64,000 nucleotides of DNA, from assembly GCF_018350175.1 (NCBI RefSeq), contig NC_058373.1, positions 100,070,001 to 100,134,000 of the forward strand, written 5' to 3'. A program made the translations under genes and the position numbers. Each line of letters begins with the position of its first letter. Positions within the stretch are counted from its first letter, which is position 1. Under the pieces are notes generated by a model, which did no database searches, had not been told where the DNA came from, and was given only the letters and a program-made list of their open reading frames with translations. Source of the stretch: Felis catus (lineage: Eukaryota). Below, in pieces: positions 39,193-51,704 of this stretch.

Positions 39193-41830
39193 CAGCATTA
39201 CCGAGCCGTGATTCTTCCATTGTTTCTCATGAACGTGTATGTTCGATGTGTTTAAATGCCATCTACATAAACATTCCATTATCTGTTGCAACTGAAAACA
39301 CAGCCTGGAAATGTGGTTCAGCAGAGAACACACCTGTTACTTTTGACTTCTTCATAGCAAAATGAAGTAAAATGGGAAGTTTGGAGTGGGAGAAAAGAAG
39401 GATTAGATCTTAAGGCACTTGATGGCTGCAAACATCCTGACTTTGGAACATCAAATGCATATTTGCATATTTGCACTTTTATCTTTGTTCTGAAAGAGTA
39501 CACTGCAGTCCCCAAAGTCACACTCTAGGGTTCACACTAGGGTATTATATTGTACACCTAATTAGGAGGCAATTTCCCTATGAAAATCAAAGCCTGTATA
39601 TTCAGTGGTATATTCTATGTGGAATTCTTACCCAATAAAAATTTTACGGTGTGAACAGTGTGCAGGATTAAGGTATAACAATGCACCATTATTTTTAAAA
39701 ATCTACTTAAAAATATGTGATCACTGAAGATAGTTCTTTTAAGCATGATTGTAAAATACCAACCAAAATTATTCCATCATTTTTTTTAAACGACAGTAGT
39801 AATCCTTTACAATGATGACCAGCAGTGTTCTTTGGAAAGCCACAGTCATTTCTTCAAGAAGAAAGTATACCGGTGAAAATGATGTGGCTACTTTGAGTAG
39901 AATTGGTCAAGTGATCATTTTGTATGATTAAGATATATTATAGTAGTTTAAGCATGGCTCTTCAAGAAAGCAATAGTGATTTTTGCATAGGGAGATTTGG
40001 GTAGAAACTTCTTGGGACTAAACACATTTACAGATGCATTTAAGAATTATTCATAAAATGTACAATTCTAAGTTAAAACATGAATACATTTTCAAAAGCA
40101 TCTGATTTGGCTGAACAAGATACAGCTGATTGTACCTATTGAATCAGGATTGTCCTCAGGTAAATTAAGTCATGATACATTATTGCAGTAAACTCAAGTG
40201 CAATACTTTGTAAGACATATAATTCCTCCTTTAGTTTTCCCATTTTTATATCTTGTATATGGGCAAAGCCAGATTAAATTTAATTCAAATTAATTCCAGC
40301 ACTAGACTAAATAAGAAAACTGATGTACTAACTAGGTAAGTACAAAACCAGTGTTTAACAATATTGGAATACTTCTAGAATTATATTAAAACTGTCTTGA
40401 ATGTCCTATCCCAAATCTAAAAATATATATATATGGTAGGCTAAGGTAATAAAGGATTTTAAAATGCACTTTCTACCAGTATCTATATGGAAAGAAGTAG
40501 ATGCTGAATACCTCAAGATGCCAAGGGAACAGGCAACATTGGGAAGTTGTCACAATTGTGCTTAAAGACAACTAGCTACATACAGTTGTCTGCTGATCTA
40601 TTTCTTCAGAACTGCAACTAATACAACTGTCCTTTTCTGTCTTTTGACTAGAAAGTTATGTTTTATTTCTACTATCATTTAAAATACCTTTCAAGGTTTT
40701 AATAATTGCTTATTCAGTGATTTCATAAGAGTATAACAGGAATAAATGAAATTTTTAATGCTTTTGATCTTTTGGGAGGCTGGTATACAGCCAAAGAAAT
40801 TTCTTCTTTTTATCATACAAAATGACTTTGAACTCAATCAGAAGCATAAGCCTATAGTGATAAATGTTACTTTGGGTCTGTTTTAAATTCTCTGATTGTA
40901 ACCAAATTACTTAAAAATTTATAGTACAGAAGTTAACCTTGGTATTTACATGACAACATAACATACACTTAACCGGGTATATTTTGATGACAACTTCAGT
41001 TCTTAGATTTCTATTCAGAATGCCAACTATTTATTTTCCTAATAATGTTGAGTATCTAATTACCTAGAACTATCTGAAAAGATGTGTTATCTCTTTTAAT
41101 CCTTGAGGTTCCAAGTAAATAAGATAAATTTTTTTCTAAGGCCTCCCTACATAGTGTTCCTATTTGACCAGATAAGCAAAGATTACTTTAAAAAAAAAAA
41201 ATTCAGATAAAATATCTTGGTTCTTTCAGTGGCATTAGTTGATTCTTCCAAATTTCAGATTTGTAGATTTATTCTTATCACTGACTTAGGGTACCTGAAT
41301 TCTTGCATTTGTCCCCTTGTACACATCTCCCACAATACATCACCAAAGACAAAGAAAGATAAGCTTCTGGCCCAATTTTTGCTTAAAAATTCCAAAGCAC
41401 TAGGAGCACTTTAAGTTTGGTCTCGAAAGAAGGACGTGTTTATGAAATCAAAGGGCTACCGATTCCCTGCTCATCCTGCACTGAAGCACATGATGACAAT
41501 TTCAAACCTTCCTTTTTGGTTCATTAATTAGAACAGTGAATTTCATTGCTTAAGTGTGTAATTCTACAGTGATTAGCAGTACTTGTTTTTATTGTTTCAT
41601 TTGGGTGGTCATTAATTTTGAAACTCTTACCACTCAGTGTAGCTGGTTGTAGTTTTATGAAAGATGTAATTTATAGCTAAAGTGGCTTTTTTATGCATAG
41701 CTGCCTTTTTTATTGTTTAACAGTGTTTCTCAGCTATACAATCAGTTTCAAACTGGTTGTGAAAGTATAGCTGTGGCCAATGAATGTATTTATTTGTTTC
41801 ACTAAATTGTAACAAAACACTACTGTTAAA

Positions 41831-41836
41831 AATAAA
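41831..41836 (+). terminator. candidate distal poly(A) signal of GPR137C
   Basis: AATAAA with upstream TGTA and downstream GT/T-rich sequence, ending a repeat-poor stretch after the stop; a proximal AATAAA is at 39634-39639. Confidence 0.5.
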
Positions 41837-42123
41837 AGTGTTTGTGCTTTTATTTGGAGGTCTGGTTTTCTTAAATGTCTCAACTGATGACACTGACTTC
41901 TGTCATACAAGCATAAGAACCCTGGTGCTACCAAAGAAAAGAGAAAAATATCAGGAATTACAGATGATAGTTTGCTGTTCGTGAGCTTATATTTATATCT
42001 GGACATTGTGTCTCAATATTGTACACTAATTTGACATGAACTGGCACACGCTTTATTTAAAAATAGCAATATGATTGTGATAGTATGTTTATTCAAACAT
42101 TTAGCTAAGAAAAATCTTTGTAA

Positions 42124-42320
42124 GGGGCGCCTAGGTGGCTCGGTCAGTTAAGCATCCAACTTCGGCTCAGGTCATGATCTCACAGTTTGTGAGTTGGAGC
42201 CCTGTGTGGGGTTCTGTGCTGACAGCTCAGAGCCTGGAGCCTGCTTCAGAGTCTGTCTCCCTCTCTTTCTGCCCCTCCCCCACTCACGTTGTCTTTCTCA
42301 AAAATAAACATCAACAAAAC
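42124..42320 (+). mobile_element. Can-SINE
   Basis: Typical head and (CT)n/A tail. Confidence 0.9.
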
Positions 42321-42694
42321 TAATTTTTAAAAAAGTACAATGCTTAAAAAAATTTTTTTGTATGACATGACTTCTAACGCCTCTTTCTCTTTGAATTTTA
42401 AACAGGAATAAATTTATCTAGCCTGTAATCTTGGGCAGCTATTCATTGATTACTTGAGAAATTCTTCAGTGATGTTGCCTTTTCCCCTAAAAGAAGAGTT
42501 CTTAACTATTTTTTCCATAATAGAATCCCTTTATAATTTGCCAAAACCACACCAAATTTTGAATGCAATTTCAGGAGATTTACTGGCCGCCCCCCCTGAA
42601 GTCCACAAATCCTTGGGAATCTATTAACTCTTGTTGTAAAGAATATTTGGAGTGAAGGTATGACCTCTAATGCAATAAAGTTGTCATTTTAAAA

Positions 42695-43860
42695 GCAATT
42701 TATTCAACAAACATTTATTAAGTGTTCAAATGCCAAAAACTATGCTATGGAGATGCAAAAATGGATAAAGTTCCTTTTCCTGCCCTTAAGGAGCTCACAT
42801 TCTAGTAAAGGAGGCTTAAAAAAAATACAGTACAGTAAGTGACACAGTAGAGGTAGGTTGTAATTACAGTGGTGACATTTAAGAGGAAATTAGGCGATCC
42901 TCCTTGGGTGAAATAAGGAAGATTTCACAGAGACGGGCTCTCTGCTGGCCTCCAGGGAGACACGGGAATTTTCCAGGTGGGGAAGGATGGCTAGAGCACC
43001 TGATGCAAAAAGAACAGCACGCATCAAGGTGTGGAGGCCTGATCCTGGCACATTTGAAGAATTGTTTTATCAGAGCATGGGGGCTGGGGTGGCACTGGAG
43101 ACACATCAGAGGACCTTGTTAGAGTGCTTCTAGAAAGCCTGCTGTGGCAGCATGGTGGGGCACACGAGGGGAGACAGGCTGAGAATAAGGAGACAGGTTA
43201 GTGTAGTGCTCTAGGTTAGAGCAAACAAAAGGGAAAGACAGAGAAATGGAGATAAACTCCACAGCGCTTAGACACCGACTGGACAGGGGAAGATGGAGAG
43301 GAGTGAGCCTAGAGAATTAAGATGATGATGGTTCTGAAATTAGCCAGAGTAAGGAACAGGGGCATAAGAATCGATTTGGGAGGAGGGTGATTAAGATATA
43401 CAAGCATCTGTGGAACAACAGTAAAGACATGTAGTAAACAGATGGATTGACAGGTGTGGACTAATAATAAGGATTTAGAAATCATTGAATTAGAATTACT
43501 CAAGAGTGAAAAGTGGTGGTGATTAAGGGCAAGAATGAAAGTCAGAGGAATAACATTTAAGGCATTAATGAAAAGAAGCTACAAAGGGAAGTATCCAGGA
43601 GTGAAATATAAGAAACCCTGGGGAGAAAAGGAACCCTGGGACTGCCAACGGTGTCAAATGCAGGGAAACAAAAGTCAAATGGCTTGTGAACTGAACTGTG
43701 AATTTATAATTTGAATTTTTGACTTCAAAAGAAGCAATTGTTAGGAACAACAGAGCCAAAAGCAAGATTTTGGTTATGGAGCAAGTGGGAGGTGACAAAG
43801 TGAGGATGGGAATACTCTTTCAAAACAACTGACTTTAAAAGAGGGCAGGGCAGGACATGA
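42695..43860 (-). mobile_element. L2 remnant
   Basis: tttattcaacaaacatttattaagtg...ccctgcccttaaggagctcacattctagt-like L2 3' end followed by purine-rich body. Confidence 0.7.
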
Positions 43861-45042
43861 AAGTTTGAGCAGCATACAGACAAAATTATCATTTAAACCC
43901 ATCTTCCACATGTTCAGATACTACAAATGTCCTTTAAACTTTTACACATGGCACTTACTCCATACTCCTTTGAGTCTCCAACAATATTGACTTAATTAGT
44001 AAATGTCTTTCTTTTCCTGCCTTATTCAAATGAGGGGTGGGAAGAAAATATGACATATTGTTAAACTTAGCTCTGTGATTATTCATTTAAAATATACTGA
44101 ATACAAATTCATACATTCATTCAACAAATATGTATTGGATACCCACTATGTGCTTACTACGTGCTTGGCACTACGCCAGGCTTTAGAAAGGGCACAGAAA
44201 AGAAAAAGTATACAGCAGTATAAAATGATATTTCTAAACCATTATATAAATAAATCCTGCTTTATTAATAATGTGACATCTCAACATGATACACCTGCTA
44301 AAACGCATAGAGGGCACATCCTTTTGAGGTATAGTTTTTTTCATTCACAATTACCATGTGATCAAAATTCTTATACTTCTTCAAATATTTTTATCATTGA
44401 AGGACTGCCACTAATGAAAACCTCCCGAAATTGGTTAAGTTTTAGGGAGAAAAAGGAAATGAACCTCACGTACAAAAAAATTATACGCCCTATGACTACA
44501 TATCAGGCATTAAGAGGGCAACAAACTCAAAAAGAACTTTACAGTGGAACTCAAAATGATTCCTTATTCTAAGGCTTACCATATGATAGTTCCACTTTTA
44601 TATTTTCCTGAAAAAATCATTTAAGAAAATTATTCAGTATTACACACTGAAGTATTTATAAGGCTCAAAGGGCATGATGCCTGAAACGGACTTGCAAATG
44701 ATTTAGGAAAAAACAGTATATGTCTGTATATATACAGAGAGAGCATGAAAGATGAAGCAAATGTGAACGATTCTTGAATCTGGGTAAAAGAGTTCTTTGT
44801 ACTATCCTGGAAACTTTTCTGTAAATTTGAAATCATATAAAAATAAAGAGTTTCCCCCAAATCTTATTCAGCACTAGGTAAAGTATTAGGAGAATAAATA
44901 TATAAATCTATTCAACTTTTCACAATGTTTAGAAATCCCTTAAGTCTTTGAGTTGGTATTATATCTTTCTAGACACCAAAACGAGCCAATCAAAATAGCA
45001 ATATAATTCTAAAACAGATTTATTTCATACCAATGTACTTTT

Positions 45043-45234
45043 TGGGTTGCCAGATAAAACACAGGATTGCCAGTTAAATCTGAATTTTAAACAGGAAATA
45101 ATTTTTGGTGTAAGTATGTCCCAAATATTGCCTAAAGCAAGCTTACCTTAAAATATTATTCATTTTTTACCTGAAAGTCAAATTTAACTGGGCATTCTGT
45201 ATTTTTTTTTTTTTTCACTAAAGCTGGTAACCCT
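45043..45234. mobile_element. MER53 palindromic hAT MITE
   Basis: gggttgccagataaaacacagga..ccagttaaatctga and aaatttaactgggcattctgtatttt..ctggtaaccc are inverted arms; aatgtact at 45032-45039 and 45236-45243 is a likely TSD. Confidence 0.85.
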
Positions 45235-45327
45235 TAATGTACTGAAAAATTTTAGGCTGTTAATTATGGATTATTCATGAGCCTCCTCAGCATTTTCCTA
45301 TAAAGCGGTCAACACACCGACCATAGC

Positions 45328-45333
45328 TTTATT
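45328..45333 (-). terminator. candidate proximal poly(A) signal of ERO1A
   Basis: AATAAA on - strand about 340 nt after the stop, followed by GT-rich ggtcggtgtgttg. Confidence 0.45.
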
Positions 45334-45673
45334 TATATTACATCTTCTTAACACAAAATTCTTGAGAGACTTAACATTTACTTAGTTTTAACATATATGA
45401 ATTTGATAATCCTCATTTTATTCAATGTTAAACTTTAAAATTTTTACCACATCAACAAAGTATTACTTTTACTCACAATAATATTATACACAGACTTAAC
45501 ACAATTAAAAAAAATTGTCTACTTAAAACAATATAATTCTCCTTTTACAAAAGCAGCTTTATATAAAATGTTTGGCTTAAGAATGTCATTGCTCATATGC
45601 CTCTGAATGAAATTCCACTCTTTGGCCTTCATAGTCCAGAAACAGGCACATTTCAACTTGTTTTCTGTTTTCT

Positions 45674-45734
45674 TTAATGAATATTTTGTAACAAATTCCT
45701 GAAGTTTTCTAATTCTTTCACACTTGTGGAAATT
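45674..45734 (-). CDS. ERO1A: ERO1A last coding exon, (R)ISTSVKELENFRNLLQNIH*
   Basis: tttgtttacag acceptor; TAA at 45676-45674; matches recalled ERO1-alpha C-terminus. Confidence 0.96.
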
Positions 45735-46389
45735 CTGTAAACAAACAAAAAAATTTCACTCAGAAACGATCATAGATATCTTTTCTGCTATTCAACTCTG
45801 CATTTTTTAGAGCACAGAAAAATTTTCAAGTAATTTATTTCAGTATATTTAAAGATGTATAAACCACGTAGTCAATTTTGATGTACTTGAGTTCTTAATT
45901 TGATGTGGTAGAACCAAGATAATATTGCCCTGAAATTAGTTTTTAAGTATTGAAAACTTAGTATTAAAGGTTTAAAATACAGAATTATAAAGTACATAAA
46001 CACTAAAATACTTAGATATTTAAAGTATTCATAAGTATAGTCACATGCTTAGCATTTAAAGTACATAAGTATAAATTACATAAACATTAAAATATGTAGT
46101 TTAAATATGCATAAGTATATGAATAGTGAAACTCATCAATATTCCATATTTAGTAAATACACAAAGAATCAAAACTTGTGGACTACAAAGAGTGACAATA
46201 GTAAATATGTGACCAAATTGTTTGCACTACTTTTTATAAAAGTTTGATTATTATTTTGAAGTGTATTTTATTCTGCTCTCCACCATGAAAAAAGTACCAT
46301 AATTCTCAAAGAACTAAAACGTTAAGTTTCTGTGTACTAGAGAATAATTTTGAAGGTCAATTATTTCAAACCCAAAATATTAAATCATA

Positions 46390-46613
46390 TTTTTTTAAAT
46401 TTTTTTTTTTAACGTTTATTTATTTTTGAGACAGAGAGAGACAGAGCATGAACAGGGGAGGGTCAGAGAGAGAGGGAGACACAGAATCTGAAACAGGCTC
46501 CAGGCTCTGAACTGTCAGCAAAGAGCCCGACGCGGGGCTCAAACTCACGGACTGCGAGATCATGACCTGAGCCGAAGTCAGACGCTCAACCGACTGAGCC
46601 ACCCAGGCGCCCC
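46390..46613 (-). mobile_element. Can-SINE
   Basis: Typical body; TSD aatcatattttttt. Confidence 0.93.
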
Positions 46614-47224
46614 AATCATATTTTTTTTAAAGTGAAGAAATGTCATCCTTAGAAAATGTTGTTTGTGTAAATCTCTGCATTCTCTACAAACAGTAGTCAG
46701 CAGGAAATGCATCTATACATAAAGTCTAGATGTATAATGTATATATTATAATGTATAAAGTATAATGTAAGTTCCTTACTTCAAGTTTATCTTCCAATCA
46801 TTTTATAAAAATTATTTTTAAAGAATGATTAACCTTTTCACATAATGGTGAACCCACAAAGAAATTGTATACATATACCTATTTTGAACAACATGATTTT
46901 TTCCAGGACCTTCAAAAAATATGTGGGCAGCACAAAAACTACTTTTAAATAATTAGAAAAATATACACAAATTCAGTAAAATTTTATGTGAATACTGAAT
47001 TCTAATCAATAAATTAATCATAATTATAAAAATCAATAGACGAAAGTAAAGAATATCATGTAATGATTGTGTGTACCTACATAAAGTATTTCATAAGATC
47101 ACAGAATTCTGTAGTGAAAAAATTTCACTAAAAAGGATATTCCTTACCCGTTTTATCTGAGAGTGTATGTGTTGAACTAGATTTACTTGGCTAACAGGAA
47201 CAATTTAAGTACATTCAAACTAAC

Positions 47225-47358
47225 CTTCCAAATGCATTAAATAATGATACTATTTCTTGTCGGGTTAGATGGAATTCATAGCTGGGCCCACTTTCTGGCA
47301 TATTTGCTATCAGTTTCTCAGAAAACAAAATCTTCAGAGCAGTCCCCAAACCCTGTAT
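47225..47358 (-). CDS. ERO1A: ERO1A penultimate exon, [15 protein letters not shown]...LFNAFG(R)
   Basis: tattatag acceptor, AAG/gttagt donor, 134 nt; [10 protein letters not shown] and [12 protein letters not shown] motifs. Confidence 0.95.
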
Positions 47359-47448
47359 CTATAATAGAAATAAGAAAAAAAAAAAAAAGTCAGAAAATTC
47401 TTTGTGTAAAGAATAAATGAAAAATAAGATTGAGCTAGATTTACTTAC

Positions 47449-47535
47449 CTGAAGCTTTCCCCACAGTCGACACTTAAAACAACCAACACAATCCATGATT
47501 CTTGAAATATTTCTAAAATGCAGTCGAAAGTCCTC
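47449..47535 (-). CDS. ERO1A: ERO1A active-site exon, [29 protein letters not shown]
   Basis: ttttcag acceptor, CAG/gtaagt donor, 87 nt; Ero1 CxxCxxC motif. Confidence 0.98.
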
Positions 47536-47995
47536 CTGAAAACAATTTAACGAGATTTTATTTATATTTAGCATATAATCAAACACTAAGTGTTTTCTGA
47601 GTGCCTTCTATGTGTCCAGCACTGTGCAGGGGACTAAAGGGGATTGAAAAAGGGGAAGAGAATTAAAATCCACATTCACTGAGCACCCCTGCGTACCAGA
47701 ATCTACATACACAATTTCATTTTAACTTCCCCGCAAATCCAAAAGTAAACGTTATTATAATCTACATGAATAAAAAAACAAGGTTCAGAGAGGTTAGGTT
47801 GCCTAAACTCCCATGTGTAGGAAACAGCAAACAAAGACCCCTGGCCTGCCTGACTCAGAAACTAAACTATCTGCAAATATACAAAAAGGTAACTGAGTTG
47901 AGATGTTTTGCTTTATGTGATTATTAACTATATGTAAATATCAGAAGAAGGGGGACAGGAGTAGAATGGCATCATTTACCAAGAAAGAAAAAAAA

Positions 47996-48416
47996 GGGGC
48001 ACCTGGGTGGCTCACTAATATCCGACTCTTGTTGGTTTTGGCTCAGATCATGATCTGGCAGTTTGTGAGTTCTAGCCCCTGCTTGGGATTCTCTCTCTTT
48101 CCCTCTCTCTCTGCCCTTCCCTCGCTCAAGCTCTCTTCCTTTTTTTTTTTTTTTTAATTTTTTTTTCAACGTTTACTTATTTTTGGGGCAGAGAGAGACA
48201 GACCATGAACGGGGGAGGGGCAGAGAGAGAGGGAGACACAGAATCGGAAACAGGCTCCAGGCTCTGAGCCATCAGCCCAGAGCCTGACGCGGGGCCCGAA
48301 CTCCCGGACCGCGAGATCGTGACCTGGCTGAAGTCGGACGCTTAACCGACTGCGCCACCCAGGCGCCCCTCTCTCCCTTTCTATCTCTTGCTCTCTCTCA
48401 AAAATAAATAAATAAA

Positions 48417-48448
<32 letters not shown>

Positions 48449-48450
48449 AA
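47996..48450 (+). mobile_element. Can-SINE containing an antisense young SINEC_Fc-type copy (about 48139-48369)
   Basis: Outer head ggggcacctgggtggctc and A-tail; inner reverse copy inside the (CT)n tract, flanked by tctc..ccttt repeats. Confidence 0.9.
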
Positions 48451-49542
48451 AGAAAGAGGGAGAGAGGGAGGGAGAAATTTCAAAATTTGGCTCCATAAAA
48501 GTTAAAGCTTTGCTTTCTGGTATTAATTAGGTAAAACAATCAGATATTTTATTATTAATAATATTTTACCATATTTTTATTTTTAAATATATTTATAATT
48601 AATATTATCGTACAGAAATATACAGAATATAGTGAACATCCAGGTATATGTCACCAATCTTTAAAGAAACTATCACAAGTACCACAGAAACCTCTATGTA
48701 TGCCTCCAAAGTCCTGTATCCTACTCTCTATAATTATTCTGAATTTGATGTTTATTGTTCCCTTTTTGGTTTTATACTTTTAATATGTAGGTATATATTC
48801 TATAACCCTAAGGTATTACATTGTTTATAATAGGACAGAATTAATCCAGATCATCCAAAAGTAGTTTATGTCCTTAAGGAATAAGTAAAAAAGATAGGAA
48901 GCCAAGAACACATCCTACTTTTACTCCAACGGAAATTATTAGTTTGCCAAGTGACTCCTTCTGTCCTGGACTTGTACTGGAATCCCAAGCTTTAAGCAGG
49001 AAATTTGACATACATTTCTGACTGAATATCCATTGTAGCAATCAGCCCACAATTTGAGGAGTGTGTAGCACTTCTCTATTTTTAAATGTGACAAACCACA
49101 TACTGGGCTCAACCAGAAGCGAACAGGACCAATGACTTTAAAATGGGAATAAATCAGCAAAGACTGGAACCCACTTTCAAAGTGTATTCACAATTCATCC
49201 TGAGGATACTTCTTCCCTAGATGCTTTATTCAGCTTGAGGCTTTGAAGTAGGTGTAATGTACAAAAGATTTTTTTCTAGGATCCCAGATCTTATATCTTT
49301 ATTAATATGAATTTTGTATTAATTTAGTATAAAGCCCAAGTCAATAATATTGCCATTTGTTAACAATATTCTACATCTTATGTTTCTGTACCTTTTGCAC
49401 TGAGTTCAGTAAGAGGTAATCTGAATTTTAAACCTACTTTTTAAAAATATTTACCCAGTAATATTACTCTAAGTAAATTTTGGTGATTTAAGGTTTCCTT
49501 TAGACTTGTGTTTTAACCTGAATTAAAGAAAAATCACACTTT

Positions 49543-49762
49543 GGGGCACCTGGGTGGCTCAGTCGGTTAAGCATTCGACTTCAGCTGAGGTCATGATCAC
49601 ACGGTTTGTGGGTTCGAGCCCCACGTCAGGCTCTGTGCTCACAGCTCAGAGCCTGGAGCCTGCTTCGGATTCTGTGTCTCCCTCTCTCTCTGCCCCTCCC
49701 TAGTTTGCACTCTGTCTCTTTCTCGCTCTCAAAAATAAATACATTAAAAAAAATTTTTTTTT
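49543..49762 (+). mobile_element. Can-SINE
   Basis: Typical body; TSD aatcacacttt. Confidence 0.93.
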
Positions 49763-50746
49763 AATCACACTTTTAACAATAACAGCATAGTAAAATTACT
49801 CTAAAGCAGATGTCCCCATCCTATGAAGTGCTGACCTCTGAAGGGTTCAATAATTACAAGGGCCTACAAAATCCATATGTAGACAAGCATTGCCTACAGA
49901 CAGAATAGCTCTCATGTATGCACTATAAATTTCCAAATGAATATAAATACTATGATCAATAAAACACAACTTTTACCTAAAAAGTGTTACCAAATGTATT
50001 TTAGCCTTTTGGTAATTATATTGTCATAATCTATAGATACAAAAAATACTACTCTCACAGGGAGAGCTTAAAAGTTTTTGACTTTAGGGACTCTCATAGT
50101 TGGAAAGGTTGGAAGCCTCTGTTCTAAAAGACTGTGCTTGCTTTTGTAGACACCTAGATTCAGTATCTGGATCTATGTTTGTTAATTCAAATACTTGAAT
50201 GTGGCAGCTCTTGAGTAAATCTTTGTATGGCATACACAGAGAGTAAGCGTGATTGCTTACAATAGCCAAAATAACATTGCAAAATTAAAGCAAAGCACAA
50301 TTGCTTATGTGAATTTAACATGCCAGAACCAAATTAATAAGCTAGAAATTTACTACATCAGACCAGGAGAAAATATCTGTGACTTCACAAATATCAATGT
50401 CCAATAACCTAAATATATTCCAAAGTTATCTCGGATTAGGAGAATTTATGATCCTTAAAATAACCAGAACCTAAATCACTTATAGATTCTCCTTGTTTAT
50501 GTATACAGCTTTTAGGTCAGTACTTTAAATTATAGTCAGTGGGTAGAATGAACAAACATGCTGTGGTTACATACCGTAATTTATATTCAGTGAAACCAAC
50601 TGACCAAAACACAATTCTCACCCAATCCTTAAATGTTTTAAAAGCCTTCAAGTGAGATCCTACTCTATTTTGAGTTGAACACTAAAAAATTCTTTCATGC
50701 AGTCTTCTATTTCTAACCATACATTGACAGAGTATAAAGCAGATGA

Positions 50747-50988
50747 GATTTTTTTTGAGAGAGAAGGGGCACAAGTAAGCAAGAGGCAGAGAGAGGGAGG
50801 AAGGGAGAGAAAGAGACAGAGTGAGAGAGAGAATCCCATGAAGGGCAGAGAGAGAGAGAGACAGAGAAGCATGGCTCACCCCAAGCGGGGCTTGAGCTCA
50901 CCTGATGTGGGACTTGAACTCACAAACCATGAGATCATGACCTGAGCCGAACTCAGATGTTCAACCGATTGAATCACCCAGGAGCCCA
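50747..50988 (-). mobile_element. Can-SINE (older)
   Basis: Typical body; TSD agatgagatttt. Confidence 0.88.
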
Positions 50989-51234
50989 AGATGAGATTTT
51001 AAAATGAATTTATACATACCCGAAACTAATATAACACCCTATATTAATTATAAAAAATAAAACTTAATGTGACTGTTCACATCCATTGTGTTCACCATAA
51101 ACTACTTTAAGAAAGTATACTCTCTGATATTAACAAATTTTCTTGTTTTTTTACTTTTTTATTATAAAAGAATTCAGAAATCTGAATTCTGAAAAAATCC
51201 TATTAAACTCCATAGGACATCAAAGATGAGTGTT

Positions 51235-51704
51235 CCCCCATCTTTAGGAGCCCACTGAGTGGATGCCAGCTCCATGACTCCTAAGTGTCAATGAAGGCAG
51301 AGTCAGACACATAGTTAGGGAGAGGGAATGGCTAGAGCCATGACCAAAGTACGTTCAATATTTCCACAATGGGAGCGAGACCAATGTGGCATGGAGATGT
51401 GTTTCTTCATTTCCCCAGGCCCAGCAAGGAGGCCAGCTCCCCACTCCTACACCTGGCCCATCCTCCAAATAGGTCTTGGGCGGACCCCGCTGCCAAGGCC
51501 CTAGGGCTTAGCATGTCCATATCGTCCTGAAACCGAAAGGCCAGGGCTCCTTTGGCGCAACTTGTCCCACAGTCACAAGGGCTGATCCACATTGGACATC
51601 TCCAAGCCAGAGATAGGACTCTGGGAGACTGCATTTATATGGATCCTGAGACGAACTTTGATAGATAGTAAAAGATGTCATTAAACTTGAAAAAAAAAAA
51701 AAAA
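51235..51704 (+). pseudogene. putative L1-mediated retrocopy fragment (mRNA 3' UTR or orphan transduction), source unknown
   Basis: GC-richer unique block ending AGTAAA/ATTAAA + A15, flanked by aaagatgagtgtt (51222-51234) and aaagctgagtgtt (51702-51714). Confidence 0.7.

Noticed and set aside
44075..44572. Longest ORF in the track (165 aa, + strand)
   Set aside because: GTG start, begins in an L2-like remnant, antisense to the ERO1A 3' region, no recognisable motif; most likely chance.
51407..51634. 75-aa minus-strand ORF in the GC-rich insertion
   Set aside because: Opposite to the poly(A)-defined orientation and without a recognisable domain.
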